Notes: a model not told the origin generated them from the letters alone. A stretch of DNA of 64,000 nt from an uncultured cyanobacterium (GCA_902495705.1 CABUXT010000008.1:2247-66246); one strand, 5' to 3'; positions 1 to 9,255 are shown, numbered from the stretch's first letter. Numbers and translations: made by a program.

Positions 1-1
1 A

Positions 2-982
2 AAAAACAACAGGATTATTTCACGAGAAGATATCGGTGAAATGTCGCCTAAAGAATTTGAGGAGATGGGAAATGCGATTAGTTACCAGATAGGTGAAATC
101 GGTGCACCACCCAATGTAGCGTTAGCAGAAGAGGCAGATGATGTCGTATTTGTACACGCATACATAAAAGAGGATGGCACAAAGGTCAAAGCCCATTACC
201 GTTCCAAAGCCGGACAATGTAGCATCGAGCCGCAAAATACAACAATACAAAATGATTCAAATATTACATTACAAGGATATGTAAGTAAAAATGATGTAGC
301 TGACAATGAAACTCAAAAGCAGGCGCCTATCAATATATCACCTTCAACTATAGAAGATTTAGTTATAAAGGGATTGCTTTCAACAAAATGTCCACCAGCT
401 GTACAATGGGGCATGGATACATTTATCAAATTTGGTGCAGATATAGGTATGTACCCACAAGCTTCAAAATTTTGGGATTTAGCATCATCCGGAATTGATA
501 AAAATACGGAATATATCAACAACAATGGTTCTGTATTTAGAGATATTGAGAGCGCAAATGTTTCTTTAGAAAAGAAATTACACATCAAACAAAAAATCAA
601 ATCACAGTTTGGCATAGATAATTGTTCAGGTATTGTTTTTCATGAAAACAGTTCTATTGCAAAAGCAGTTGAAAAATCAGAAACATTAAAAAAATTTGTG
701 GATAAAAATAAAGATATTTTAAAAAGCGGTAGAACAATTAAAAATTCTTCTATGTCATTTTCATCTGCAGCAGATAAAGATTTATATTATGCTTTTGGGA
801 AAGTTGATGTCTTAAATGCTAAAATAAAAAATGGCAAATTAGATATGACAATTATTGATACCTATGATTTTAACAAAAATGATGCAAGACAAATTGTCAA
901 AGCTGGACGATTTTTGCAAGATACCAAAAGGCTAACCCCATATTATACAGTTGTAAAAATCAGAGTACCATACCGTTTGTAA
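2..982 (+). CDS. C-terminal part of a larger hypothetical protein (5' end probably outside the window; first in-window ATG at 41)
   Basis: ORF track 41..982. The same frame has no stop from nt 2 to 41 and there is no SD before the ATG at 41. No catalytic motif recognised. Contains VHAYIKEDGTKVKAHYRSK, a segment type I recall from phage/ICE polyvalent proteins (recollection only). Confidence 0.6.
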   Translation, partial: KNNRIISREDIGEMSPKEFEEMGNAISYQIGEIGAPPNVALAEEADDVVFVHAYIKEDGTKVKAHYRSKAGQCSIEPQNTTIQNDSNITLQGYVSKNDVADNETQKQAPINISPSTIEDLVIKGLLSTKCPPAVQWGMDTFIKFGADIGMYPQASKFWDLASSGIDKNTEYINNNGSVFRDIESANVSLEKKLHIKQKIKSQFGIDNCSGIVFHENSSIAKAVEKSETLKKFVDKNKDILKSGRTIKNSSMSFSSAADKDLYYAFGKVDVLNAKIKNGKLDMTIIDTYDFNKNDARQIVKAGRFLQDTKRLTPYYTVVKIRVPYRL

Positions 983-1044
983 ATATTTATTAAGCTGGAA
1001 ATATTATTAAGCTGATTTTGAGAGGAAGGTAGTATAATTTACGT

Positions 1045-1620
1045 ATGATAAAAACATTAAAGGGACATAAAAAATTTTGCATATTAAGCTTGTTTATTCT
1101 TTTATTAACAAGTATTGTCAATTCTTTTATGTCCTACTTCCTTTCTATTATATTAGCTTTTTTGATTCACTGTGTTATTATAGTATTTTATCTTGTTGAA
1201 ATTTTTAAATTGACAATACTTGTTTTTGTATATTTGTTATTTAAAAAATCTTTTCCAAAAAATTATTTACTACACAACTTTTTTGAACTATTAGAAAACA
1301 ATAATAAATTACAATATTTTGTATTGGTAACATCATTTCTGTATGAACTTCTATATTATATAGCTTTCCTATTCATAATAGCATTACCTACAGAAGACCC
1401 ACTAGGATTTGGGTTTGTATTCGCCTATCCATTTATATTTGGAGGTCTTGTATTTTTAAGTTTTGCAGGGATAGTATTATTTTTCAGAATTAAAAATAAT
1501 ATAAAACCGCACTTCTCAGAACTTACTCCGACTTTATTATGGAGAAATTATAAATTTGAAATCTTTTTATGTATAGCAATATTGATTGTGGCAAATTTAT
1601 TCATCCCTTACGGATACTAA
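1045..1620 (+). CDS. polytopic membrane protein, paralogue 1 of a tandem pair
   Basis: 191 aa with several long hydrophobic helices. Roughly three quarters identical by eye to the next ORF, and its first 17 residues (MIKTLKGHKKFCILSLF) are identical to that ORF's. Confidence 0.7.
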   Translation: MIKTLKGHKKFCILSLFILLLTSIVNSFMSYFLSIILAFLIHCVIIVFYLVEIFKLTILVFVYLLFKKSFPKNYLLHNFFELLENNNKLQYFVLVTSFLYELLYYIAFLFIIALPTEDPLGFGFVFAYPFIFGGLVFLSFAGIVLFFRIKNNIKPHFSELTPTLLWRNYKFEIFLCIAILIVANLFIPYGY

Positions 1621-1689
1621 TAAAGAATAGTTGTATAATTTACCAAGAGAATATAAATAAGGAATTAAGAATAAAAATGGAGATTACGT

Positions 1690-2283
1690 ATGATAAAAAC
1701 ATTAAAGGGACATAAAAAATTTTGCATATTAAGCTTGTTTATTATTTTTTTAACAAGCATTATCAATTTTTTTATCTCCTACTTCCTTCCTCTTATATTA
1801 GCTTTTTTGGTTCTGATTCACTGCTTTACTATAGCATTTTATCTTGTTGAAATTTTTAAATTGACAACACTTGTTCTTGTATATTTATTATTAAAAAAAT
1901 TTTTTCCAAATAATTATTTACTACACAACATTTTTGAACCATTAGAAAACAATAATAAATTACAATATTTTGCATTGGCAGTATCTTTTTTGTATGAACT
2001 TATATATTATATAGCTTGTCTATCCTTACTAACATCATTACCCCCAACAATTGACCCATACGATGCTCTAGGTCTATGGGGCATATTCATAATTCCATTT
2101 GCAATTGGAGGACTTACATTTTTAAGTTTTGCAGGTTTAATATTATTTTTCAGAATTAAAAATAATATTAAACCCCACTTATCAGAACTTACTCTGTCTA
2201 TATTATGGAGAGATTATAAATTTGAAATCTTTTTATGTATAGCGATATTGATTGTGGCAAATTTATTTCTTCGTTTTCAGTAA
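1690..2283 (+). CDS. polytopic membrane protein, paralogue 2 of a tandem pair
   Basis: 197 aa, collinear with 1045..1620 and sharing blocks such as YLVEIFKLT, LENNNKLQYF, LFFRIKNNIKPH and YKFEIFLCIAILIVANLF. Confidence 0.7.
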   Translation: MIKTLKGHKKFCILSLFIIFLTSIINFFISYFLPLILAFLVLIHCFTIAFYLVEIFKLTTLVLVYLLLKKFFPNNYLLHNIFEPLENNNKLQYFALAVSFLYELIYYIACLSLLTSLPPTIDPYDALGLWGIFIIPFAIGGLTFLSFAGLILFFRIKNNIKPHLSELTLSILWRDYKFEIFLCIAILIVANLFLRFQ

Positions 2284-2299
2284 ATTTTAAGAGGTAAGA

Positions 2300-2770
2300 A
2301 TGAAAAATAAATTAAAAAATATTGCTTGTCTATTAGTTATTAATTTATTCGCAACATCAATATTTTTCTTATATGTTTTCTATTTTATAGTAGCATATAC
2401 AAATATTGGACTAATACAATCAATTTCAACTTCAATTGAAACTGAATATATAATTCTAGTTTTACTTGTTGGAGCTCGATTCCTTGTATTACCTATAGCA
2501 TATACTAAATTAGAGAACTCGCAAAAATTTGAATTGGTTTCAAAATTTATAAAAAATTTAAAACAATCACTATGGCTAAAATTGTTAATCTTAGTTCTGG
2601 CATATTTTTCTTGGGCTCTTTGGACAAAAGATAGATTTTTTAATAGGAACTTTTGGGAACAAATAACAGAATGTTGCATAATGGGTTTGTTTGGAAATTA
2701 CCTCGTATTATACGCATATTGGTTTGTTGAAGATAAGTGGAAGAAAAGAAAATCCTTGTTAGCAAAATAA
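2300..2770 (+). CDS. hypothetical multi-pass membrane protein
   Basis: 156 aa with 4-5 hydrophobic segments. AAGAGG SD a few nt before the ATG. Starts 17 nt after the previous stop. Confidence 0.6.
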   Translation: MKNKLKNIACLLVINLFATSIFFLYVFYFIVAYTNIGLIQSISTSIETEYIILVLLVGARFLVLPIAYTKLENSQKFELVSKFIKNLKQSLWLKLLILVLAYFSWALWTKDRFFNRNFWEQITECCIMGLFGNYLVLYAYWFVEDKWKKRKSLLAK

Positions 2771-2803
2771 ATTTATTAAAATAATTTAGATGGAGATTTA
2801 CGT

Positions 2804-2842
2804 ATGATAAAAACATTAAAGGAACATAAAAAATATTTTTAA
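2804..2842 (+). pseudogene. 13-codon stump of a third copy of the 1045/1690 membrane-protein gene
   Basis: GGAGATTTACGTATGATAAAAACATTAAAGGAACATAAAAAATATTTTTAA repeats the leader and the first codons MIKTLK(G->E)HKK of the two paralogues, then reaches a stop. Confidence 0.6.
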
Positions 2843-2919
2843 CAAATGTAAATAATTTGACAAAATATCATGACAAACCTGTTTGATTAATTTATCATCA
2901 TCATATATTCGGAGGAAGA

Positions 2920-3426
2920 ATGTTAAACGAAATGGTAGAAAATAAATCAAATTTTGACTTAACCTCAAAAAGCACATTCTCCAGTGAGAGCGATACTTTT
3001 ACATCTCGTTCGATTGCTGCATTACTTGCAAAAAATAATGTACCTTCATCTCACAAAAGAATTGCTGACAACTATCTTATTATTAAAAAAGTTTTTAAAT
3101 TTCAGGCATGTATGAGCCGAATTTCTAATGTAGAAAAATCATTGTTGGAAAAATATGATTTTAATATTTTGGAATTTACAACAATGAAACAAATGTATAA
3201 TGAATTGGGACTATTACAAAAATGGTCTCTATCTGAGGATGCAAATCTTAGGGATGTGGCTGATAATATTTTACTTATCAGAGTTAAGGAATTGAAGTTT
3301 TTGGAAGCTAGCCGTTATGCTTCAATTTCTAATGAAATCTATAATGGCTACAAAGCTTTGGAACAATATTTGAAAGAAATAAGCAAGTTCCAAACTGTTC
3401 AAACTCTTAGAACTTTGAACTTTTAA
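2920..3426 (+). CDS. hypothetical protein
   Basis: 168-aa ORF preceded by GGAGGAAGA SD and followed by a hairpin plus T-run terminator at 3458..3483. No motif recognised. Confidence 0.6.
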   Translation: MLNEMVENKSNFDLTSKSTFSSESDTFTSRSIAALLAKNNVPSSHKRIADNYLIIKKVFKFQACMSRISNVEKSLLEKYDFNILEFTTMKQMYNELGLLQKWSLSEDANLRDVADNILLIRVKELKFLEASRYASISNEIYNGYKALEQYLKEISKFQTVQTLRTLNF

Positions 3427-3457
3427 ATAATAACAATACATACGAATACACAAATTT

Positions 3458-3483
3458 GCAGGAATATATTTCCTGCTTTTTTG
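3458..3483 (+). terminator. intrinsic terminator after 2920..3426
   Basis: GCAGGAA-tatat-TTCCTGC followed by TTTTTTG. Confidence 0.75.
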
Positions 3484-3547
3484 TATGAAAAATTTTATAA
3501 ATATTTCGTTATTTTACTAACAAATTTTATTTTTATGTGTTTTAATC

Positions 3548-4033
3548 ATGTCAATTAGTACAATTCAGAAAAAAGAAAAGGTTAGTGAAATGCAAGTAAA
3601 TATGAATCCATCTGCATCATTTGGTATGGCAGTAAAAGTTGACCCAAGCGCTCAAAGAGTTATCAAAGCTCAAACTACAGAATTATCAGAAAAAGCATAC
3701 AACAAATTCTGGGAAGATTTTAATAATATAGTTAAAAGGCAAGAAGAAAATCCTGTAGATATTTTGGTTAGAAAATGTAAACATAGAGACGCTCTAGCTG
3801 CTGAAGTTGTTGACCATGGCGACTCTCCAATGAAAAATACAACATATACTCAAAGCACATTATTCCCTAGTGGTTTGAAATTTATGGAAAAAGCAGAGCA
3901 AAAAGCCAATAGAATCAACGACGTTAATGGTCGAATCGGAAACTACAAACCTGCAACTGAAAATGACTATAAAGCAGGGAAACTGGTTGAAGAAATAGAT
4001 GTTGATGGTGAACATCTTGACTTTGAAGCATAA
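3548..4033 (+). CDS. hypothetical protein (alternative start at 3590, MQVNMNPSASFG...)
   Basis: 161-aa ORF. The ATG at 3590 has a better purine-rich SD (AAAAGG). The next gene starts 12 nt downstream, suggesting an operon. Confidence 0.55.
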   Translation: MSISTIQKKEKVSEMQVNMNPSASFGMAVKVDPSAQRVIKAQTTELSEKAYNKFWEDFNNIVKRQEENPVDILVRKCKHRDALAAEVVDHGDSPMKNTTYTQSTLFPSGLKFMEKAEQKANRINDVNGRIGNYKPATENDYKAGKLVEEIDVDGEHLDFEA

Positions 4034-4044
4034 ATAAATTAAAT

Positions 4045-4941
4045 ATGATAAACAACATTGCCCCTTCAAATAATTCAATAAGTTTTCAAGCTTGCTACAA
4101 AAGTAAATTTAGCAAGCAACTTGAAACTGCCATAAAAACTAATACTTGCGACCAAAAATTAGTCGATGAATTTTCCAAAGTTTTCCAACAGAAGAAAAAT
4201 TCTAAATATAAAATCGGCGCAGGACGAAACGGCGAAGTTTTTAGAATTGATGATTATTATGTCTTCAAAACTTACTTCAACGACCAACCAAAAGTTGGAG
4301 AAGTCAAAATCTTCCAACCAAGTATTTTTCAAACCCTAAAAACTTATTATGGCGGAATTGTTGCAAAATTTGGCAATATCGACATTATCAAAAATGTAAG
4401 TAATGATGCGAAAAAAATGTTAGAGATGGCAAGTTCTAAAAACAATGGCGAAGGGGCTTACCAGCGATGTTTAGAGGAGTTTTCAAAACTTCCGCAATCT
4501 GCAATAGATAACCTTGCACAGGATTTTAAAAAGTTAAATGAAATCCATAATTCAAGTCTAAATTATCAATTTGACACAAATAATCCGAATAATTTTATCA
4601 AAGTCGGCAAATCAATAAAGATTGTGGATGATATTGACTGGGTTCCTTGCAAAAATCCGAATGATTTTTTGAGTTTTATTCATCCTTTTATTCAACAAGG
4701 CGGAGATGCAAATTTGAAAAAACAATTATTGAAAAAATGCATTTTAGCAAGTGAAAAATACGAATTACCGCTGGATAACGCTTTTAAATTTTTGAAATCA
4801 AAATTGGATGATATTTTTAAAAGTGTGGGCATAAAAGAAAGTTTTGAAGATTTTTATCAAAAAATGACAGCTTTGCGCAAAAATTATCCAAATCAATCTG
4901 AGCGCATGAAACTTGCAAATGAGTATATTAATTCATTATAA
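4045..4941 (+). CDS. atypical protein-kinase-fold protein
   Basis: IGAGRNGEVFRIDDYYVFK matches a Gly-rich loop GxGxxGxV plus the VxK lysine. FDTNNPNNF matches a catalytic-loop D-x4-N. KIVDDID lies 13 residues later, in the DFG-equivalent position. Confidence 0.5.
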   Translation: MINNIAPSNNSISFQACYKSKFSKQLETAIKTNTCDQKLVDEFSKVFQQKKNSKYKIGAGRNGEVFRIDDYYVFKTYFNDQPKVGEVKIFQPSIFQTLKTYYGGIVAKFGNIDIIKNVSNDAKKMLEMASSKNNGEGAYQRCLEEFSKLPQSAIDNLAQDFKKLNEIHNSSLNYQFDTNNPNNFIKVGKSIKIVDDIDWVPCKNPNDFLSFIHPFIQQGGDANLKKQLLKKCILASEKYELPLDNAFKFLKSKLDDIFKSVGIKESFEDFYQKMTALRKNYPNQSERMKLANEYINSL

Positions 4942-4996
4942 ATATGATTGAAAAATTTTATTCTTGAACTATACTAAAAACGAAAAAGAGGTATTT

Positions 4997-5236
4997 ATGA
5001 GTGTCCAAGCAATCAGCAGTGCTACAACCCAAACCCAAAAACCAATTAAAAAAAGATTTAATTCTGTTGAAGTAACCGGTTATGGTGCACTCGGTTTAGG
5101 AATTGCAAGCGGAATTGCCGGAGCGAAAAAGAAAATCAAATTACACAGATATTTGGCTTATATCGCAGCAGGACTTGCAATAGCACACACTGCAATTATT
5201 GAATGGTACCATCATAAATATAAAAAATCAAAATAA
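4997..5236 (+). CDS. small two-helix membrane protein
   Basis: ATG at 4997 preceded by AAAGAGG. Two hydrophobic helices (GYGALGLGIASGIAG, YLAYIAAGLAIAHTAII). The track's upstream start at 4964 lacks an SD. Confidence 0.5.
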   Translation: MSVQAISSATTQTQKPIKKRFNSVEVTGYGALGLGIASGIAGAKKKIKLHRYLAYIAAGLAIAHTAIIEWYHHKYKKSK

Positions 5237-5257
5237 CCCCCAACAAAGGAGAAGAAA

Positions 5258-5569
5258 ATGAGCGTTTACGAAGCCGGAATGATGGTATGTTTTGGAATTA
5301 GCTGGCCGGTTGCGGCACTAAAGACTTATCAATGTAAATGTGTCCACGGTAAAAGTATCCATTTTTCAATGTTAATTTTACTTGGTTATGTTTGCGGAAT
5401 TGCACATAAAGTTTTAGATAATATGGACTGGGTTTTCTGGTTATATATTATGAATACGGCATTTTTGCTGCTCGATATGGCACTATATTGGCGATACAAG
5501 GACAACAAAGCACCTGTTACAGATGAAAAAAATGAAGTTGATATCAATGAAGAGGTTGAAATCGACTAA
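5258..5569 (+). CDS. 3-TM PQ-loop / SemiSWEET-like membrane protein
   Basis: 103 aa with three helices. GISWPVAALKTYQCKCVHGKSIHFSML resembles the PQ-loop motif region. AAGGAGAAG SD. Confidence 0.45.
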   Translation: MSVYEAGMMVCFGISWPVAALKTYQCKCVHGKSIHFSMLILLGYVCGIAHKVLDNMDWVFWLYIMNTAFLLLDMALYWRYKDNKAPVTDEKNEVDINEEVEID

Positions 5570-5973
5570 TTTTCGCCATTTTGAGATTTTGATGGAATTA
5601 GCGCAACAATAGCAGGAATAATAAACATTGTCAAAATCAAAAGTGCAAAAAATGTTATTGTTGAGGTTTGTGGGTCTTTTATTGATTGACAAACCGAAAT
5701 TCCTTCAACATCCAAAGTTAAAATAACGCCTAAAATCCATGACCATATCGCATTTTTTGAAATATCAAAAATTCTTTTTTTGAAATTGAATGCGATTAAT
5801 AATTTTATCAGCACAAGTGGAATGATGAATACAAAAGGGTTTAGGGCGTGTTTATAAACACATACAAATAAAAATATTCCGCCCACGATATAAATTGCAG
5901 TCAGCAAAATATAATACAAAATAAAACAACTTTGGCTAATTGAACCCTTTGGACTAAAAATATTGTTATTCAT
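5566..5973 (-). CDS. DUF805-like inner-membrane protein
   Basis: Start moved to the ATG at 5973 (AGGAAGG SD). FSPKGSISQSCF and KKRIFDISKNAIWSW resemble DUF805 motifs. 4 TM segments. Confidence 0.5.
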   Translation of the reverse strand: MNNNIFSPKGSISQSCFILYYILLTAIYIVGGIFLFVCVYKHALNPFVFIIPLVLIKLLIAFNFKKRIFDISKNAIWSWILGVILTLDVEGISVCQSIKDPQTSTITFFALLILTMFIIPAIVALIPSKSQNGEN

Positions 5974-6090
5974 ACACCTTCCTCTTTTTGAAGAAATTAT
6001 AGCATAAATCGCACTCTTGGGCAAAATTATAACAAAAAAGACGGACACTTACGTAATCCGCCTTTTTTAGATTTTTTACAAAGTCAAAAA

Positions 6091-6321
6091 CTATACTAAT
6101 TTTACAGTGATTGATTTTGGTTTTTGAGTGTAAGAAATTTTATCTTCACGAGATAACCATCCTAGACCCATGTAAGTGAAATTATCATCCAAATCCATAT
6201 CTTTTCTCAATTTGTTGATTGTAACTTCACCCTTGTCTGACAAATAGTGGTAAATTTTACCAGCTGATTCAATAATTTGAGTTTGCATTTCTTTTTGTTC
6301 TTTTTTGCTAGATGTGAACAT
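6091..6321 (-). CDS. winged-helix DNA-binding protein (DUF2582-like)
   Basis: Start at 6321 preceded by AAAGGAGGA. AGKIYHYLSDKG...LGWLSREDKI matches my memory of the DUF2582 wHTH family. Confidence 0.6.
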   Translation of the reverse strand: MFTSSKKEQKEMQTQIIESAGKIYHYLSDKGEVTINKLRKDMDLDDNFTYMGLGWLSREDKISYTQKPKSITVKLV

Positions 6322-6653
6322 TTTGTATCCTCCTTTTATCACAAAATTATAATACTACTATTTTAAAATTAATGAAACTATATTTTTTAGAATGTTGCTA
6401 AAACGTTGTTATTATAAGGTTTTACGCACTTAACATTTCTAAATCTTTTATCATTATATATAAAAAAATAGAATAAAATTCATCAATTTGGATGATTTTT
6501 TGACTTAATTTTGGAAAATCTTAGTAAAAACCTGAAAAAATAGAAAATTTTTCTTATCTTTTTTACAAAAAATATTTACAAAAGTATTGCTATATACGAT
6601 ATCTAACCATATATCCCATTCAAAATTATAGCAAAATTTTGAATTTTGGAAAA

Positions 6654-7064
6654 TTAGAGTTCATCGCGCTGAAATTCAAAATCTTCATGCGAATTTGTCA
6701 TTTTTTCTTGGATTGCGCGCATGGTTTTTACCAAATCTTCTTTTTCAAAATAGCTTTCCGAAAAGATAACTACTTTGTTATTATCATTTTTAGTAAAGGT
6801 CAAAAGATACTCGGTGTAACCTTTTGCGTATCTGTTGCCTTTTACTTTTTGTCTCAAATAACTGACATCTGCAACATCAGAATATTTGACAAGTTTTTTT
6901 GTCGACTTCATGTTTACAAGATTTATTTTTTCAATTTTACAGATATCTTCGGATTTTGAACAAACTAAGGTTTCTTGTTTGTAATTTGTCAAAGCTCCAA
7001 CAATAACAACCAATACAACAAATATAATTCCGATTAACCAAGGTATAATTTTCTTTGAATCCAT
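6654..7064 (-). CDS. membrane-anchored hypothetical protein
   Basis: N-terminal TM helix IIPWLIGIIFVVLVVIVGAL and an AGGAAA SD. The overlapping plus-strand ORF 6639..6959 is Phe-rich antisense noise. Confidence 0.6.
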   Translation of the reverse strand: MDSKKIIPWLIGIIFVVLVVIVGALTNYKQETLVCSKSEDICKIEKINLVNMKSTKKLVKYSDVADVSYLRQKVKGNRYAKGYTEYLLTFTKNDNNKVVIFSESYFEKEDLVKTMRAIQEKMTNSHEDFEFQRDEL

Positions 7065-7172
7065 GCTATTTTTCCTATTTTTTTAATAAGTTTACCACTA
7101 AAATAAATTGTTTTATAATATTATTTGTCAAGATAATGAAATTTTGAAAATTATTATACAAAGAGGCATTTT

Positions 7173-7829
7173 ATGAACAAAAAAATTGTGATTTTTGATT
7201 TAGACGGAACATTGTTAAACACTCTTGAAGATTTAGCAATAGCAACAAATTACGCCCTAAAACAGTTTAATTATCCGCAAAGAACAATTGAAGAAGTGCG
7301 TCAATTTGTCGGCAACGGTGTTGCCAAACTTATTGAGCGCGCAATTCCTGACGGCAAAAATAATCCGAATTTTGAAAAATGCCTTACTATATTTAAACAA
7401 AATTATTCTCAAATTATGTATGACCACACGGCACCTTATGAGGGTATTTTGCCAATGCTTGAAGAACTTAAAGCAAAAGGTTACAAAATTTCTGTAGTAT
7501 CTAATAAATTTGATGCGGCAGTAAAAGAATTGTGCAAAAAATATTTTCCAAATTTGATAGATGTTGCAGCAGGAGAAAATGAGGCAATCGGTATTAAGAA
7601 AAAACCTGCACCTGATACGGTTTTAAAGGCATTGAAAGAAATAAATCTGACAACTTGTGATGCTATTTATGTTGGAGATTCCGATGTCGATATTATGACA
7701 GCAAAAAACTCTAATATGCCTTGTATTAGCGTTACTTGGGGCTTTCGAGATAAAGATTTTTTAATAAAAAATGGTGGAAATATTTTTGCGCAAACTCCAT
7801 CTGATATTATTAAAATTTTAGAAAACTAA
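7173..7829 (+). CDS. HAD-superfamily phosphatase (phosphoglycolate phosphatase-like)
   Basis: HAD motif I IFDLDGTLLNT, motif II VVSNK, motif IV VGDSDVDI. Confidence 0.85.
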   Translation: MNKKIVIFDLDGTLLNTLEDLAIATNYALKQFNYPQRTIEEVRQFVGNGVAKLIERAIPDGKNNPNFEKCLTIFKQNYSQIMYDHTAPYEGILPMLEELKAKGYKISVVSNKFDAAVKELCKKYFPNLIDVAAGENEAIGIKKKPAPDTVLKALKEINLTTCDAIYVGDSDVDIMTAKNSNMPCISVTWGFRDKDFLIKNGGNIFAQTPSDIIKILEN

Positions 7830-7902
7830 ACTAACCGCCCTAACTAATATTAAAATTTTACCTTTTCTCCTATTTTTTAATTAAGAAAAGGAGAAAATTA
7901 AA

Positions 7903-9177
7903 ATGTCTACTGCAATCAAAGAAATCAATGCTCGCCAAATTTTGGACTCTCGCGGAAATCCGACAATTGAAGTCGAAGTAAAATTATTTTCAGGAATCAG
8001 TGGAATTGCATCGGTTCCATCAGGAGCATCGACAGGGAAATTTGAGGCGGTAGAACTAAGAGACAACGAACCTGACAACTACGACGGTAAAAGTGTGCAA
8101 AAAGCTGTTTATAATGTCAACAAAATAATTGCGCCAGTTTTGACAAATAAAAATGTTACAAATCAAAATTTGATAGATAAAACTTTAATCAATCTTGATG
8201 GGACAGAAAACAAAAGTAATCTTGGGGCAAATGCGATTTTGGGAGTTTCAATGGCATGTGCCAAAGCAGGTGCAAACAGTTTTGGGCAACCTTTATTTAT
8301 GTATCTTGGTGGAATTAGCGCAAACACTCTGCCTGTGCCGATGATGAACATTTTAAATGGAGGTTTACATGCTCAAAATAATCTTGAATTTCAGGAATTT
8401 ATGATTGCACCTGTCGGAGCGAAATCTTTTTCTCAAGCTCTGCAAATGGGGGCAAAAGTTTTCCATACTCTGAAAAGGATTCTGAATAAACGCGGATTTG
8501 CAACCTGTGTTGGGGATGAAGGCGGTTTTGCTCCAAATTTAAAAACCAATTCAGAAGCCATAGAACTGATTCTTGAGGCGATTCAAAATTCAAATTATAC
8601 AACTGATGAAATAAAAATTTGTCTTGATGTTGCATCAAGCGAATTTTACAACAACGGAAAATATTTTGTCCGAGATTACGGCTACTCAAGTTCAGAATTT
8701 GTCGAGGTTTTGGAAAAACTTGTTAAAGATTATCCGATAATTTCGATAGAAGACGGATTATCAGAAGAAGATTTTGAAGGGTGGGAACTTTTGACCCAAA
8801 CTCTAGGCAACAAATGTCAGCTCGTTGGAGATGATTTGTTTGTAACCAATATAAAAAGACTCAGAAAAGGGGTCAAAGAGTCTCTTGGAAATTCGATTTT
8901 GATAAAATTAAATCAAATCGGAACAGTCAGCGAAACCTTAAATACCATAAATTATGCCCAAAGTAACAACTATACAACGATAATTTCGCACCGCTCAGGA
9001 GAGACTGAAGACACATTTATTGCAGATTTGGCAGTTGCCGTAAATAGCGGACTTATCAAGACAGGTTCATTGTCGCGCTCTGAAAGAATTTCCAAATATA
9101 ACAGGCTATTAAAAATAGAACAAATGTTAGGGTCTAACGCGCGATATTTAGGAAAAAACGCCTTCAAGCCTAAATAA
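7903..9177 (+). CDS. eno: enolase (phosphopyruvate hydratase)
   Basis: 424 aa. [18 protein letters not shown]-terminus, and [17 protein letters not shown] and [16 protein letters not shown]-type motifs. Confidence 0.98.
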   Translation: MSTAIKEINARQILDSRGNPTIEVEVKLFSGISGIASVPSGASTGKFEAVELRDNEPDNYDGKSVQKAVYNVNKIIAPVLTNKNVTNQNLIDKTLINLDGTENKSNLGANAILGVSMACAKAGANSFGQPLFMYLGGISANTLPVPMMNILNGGLHAQNNLEFQEFMIAPVGAKSFSQALQMGAKVFHTLKRILNKRGFATCVGDEGGFAPNLKTNSEAIELILEAIQNSNYTTDEIKICLDVASSEFYNNGKYFVRDYGYSSSEFVEVLEKLVKDYPIISIEDGLSEEDFEGWELLTQTLGNKCQLVGDDLFVTNIKRLRKGVKESLGNSILIKLNQIGTVSETLNTINYAQSNNYTTIISHRSGETEDTFIADLAVAVNSGLIKTGSLSRSERISKYNRLLKIEQMLGSNARYLGKNAFKPK

Positions 9178-9255
9178 AAAAGCTTTCAAAAGTTTGATTA
9201 TTTTTCTTTATTTTCTATAATTTTGGTACAACAAAATAAATAAGGACAAAGAAAA

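Noticed and set aside
313-615. Numerous antisense or nested ORFs of 60-165 aa in the track, e.g. 313..615, 2380..2679, 9297..10203, 13306..13623, 14263..14625, 25109..25722, 26359..27108, 30090..30476, 45239..46452, 49207..49704, 56715..57140
   Set aside because: Each lies wholly inside a longer ORF on the opposite strand or in another frame that has clear family motifs. Their composition is typical of antisense reading of AT-rich genes.
6639-6959. ORF 6639..6959 (plus), Phe-rich 106 aa
   Set aside because: It is the mirror frame of the better-supported minus-strand gene 6654..7064, which has an SD, a TM anchor and normal composition.
1-7100. Calling the left block a prophage or ICE
   Set aside because: No capsid, tail, terminase, integrase, relaxase or T4SS gene is recognisable within the window. 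Only composition and gene content suggest accessory status, so it is reported as a finding rather than annotated as a mobile element.
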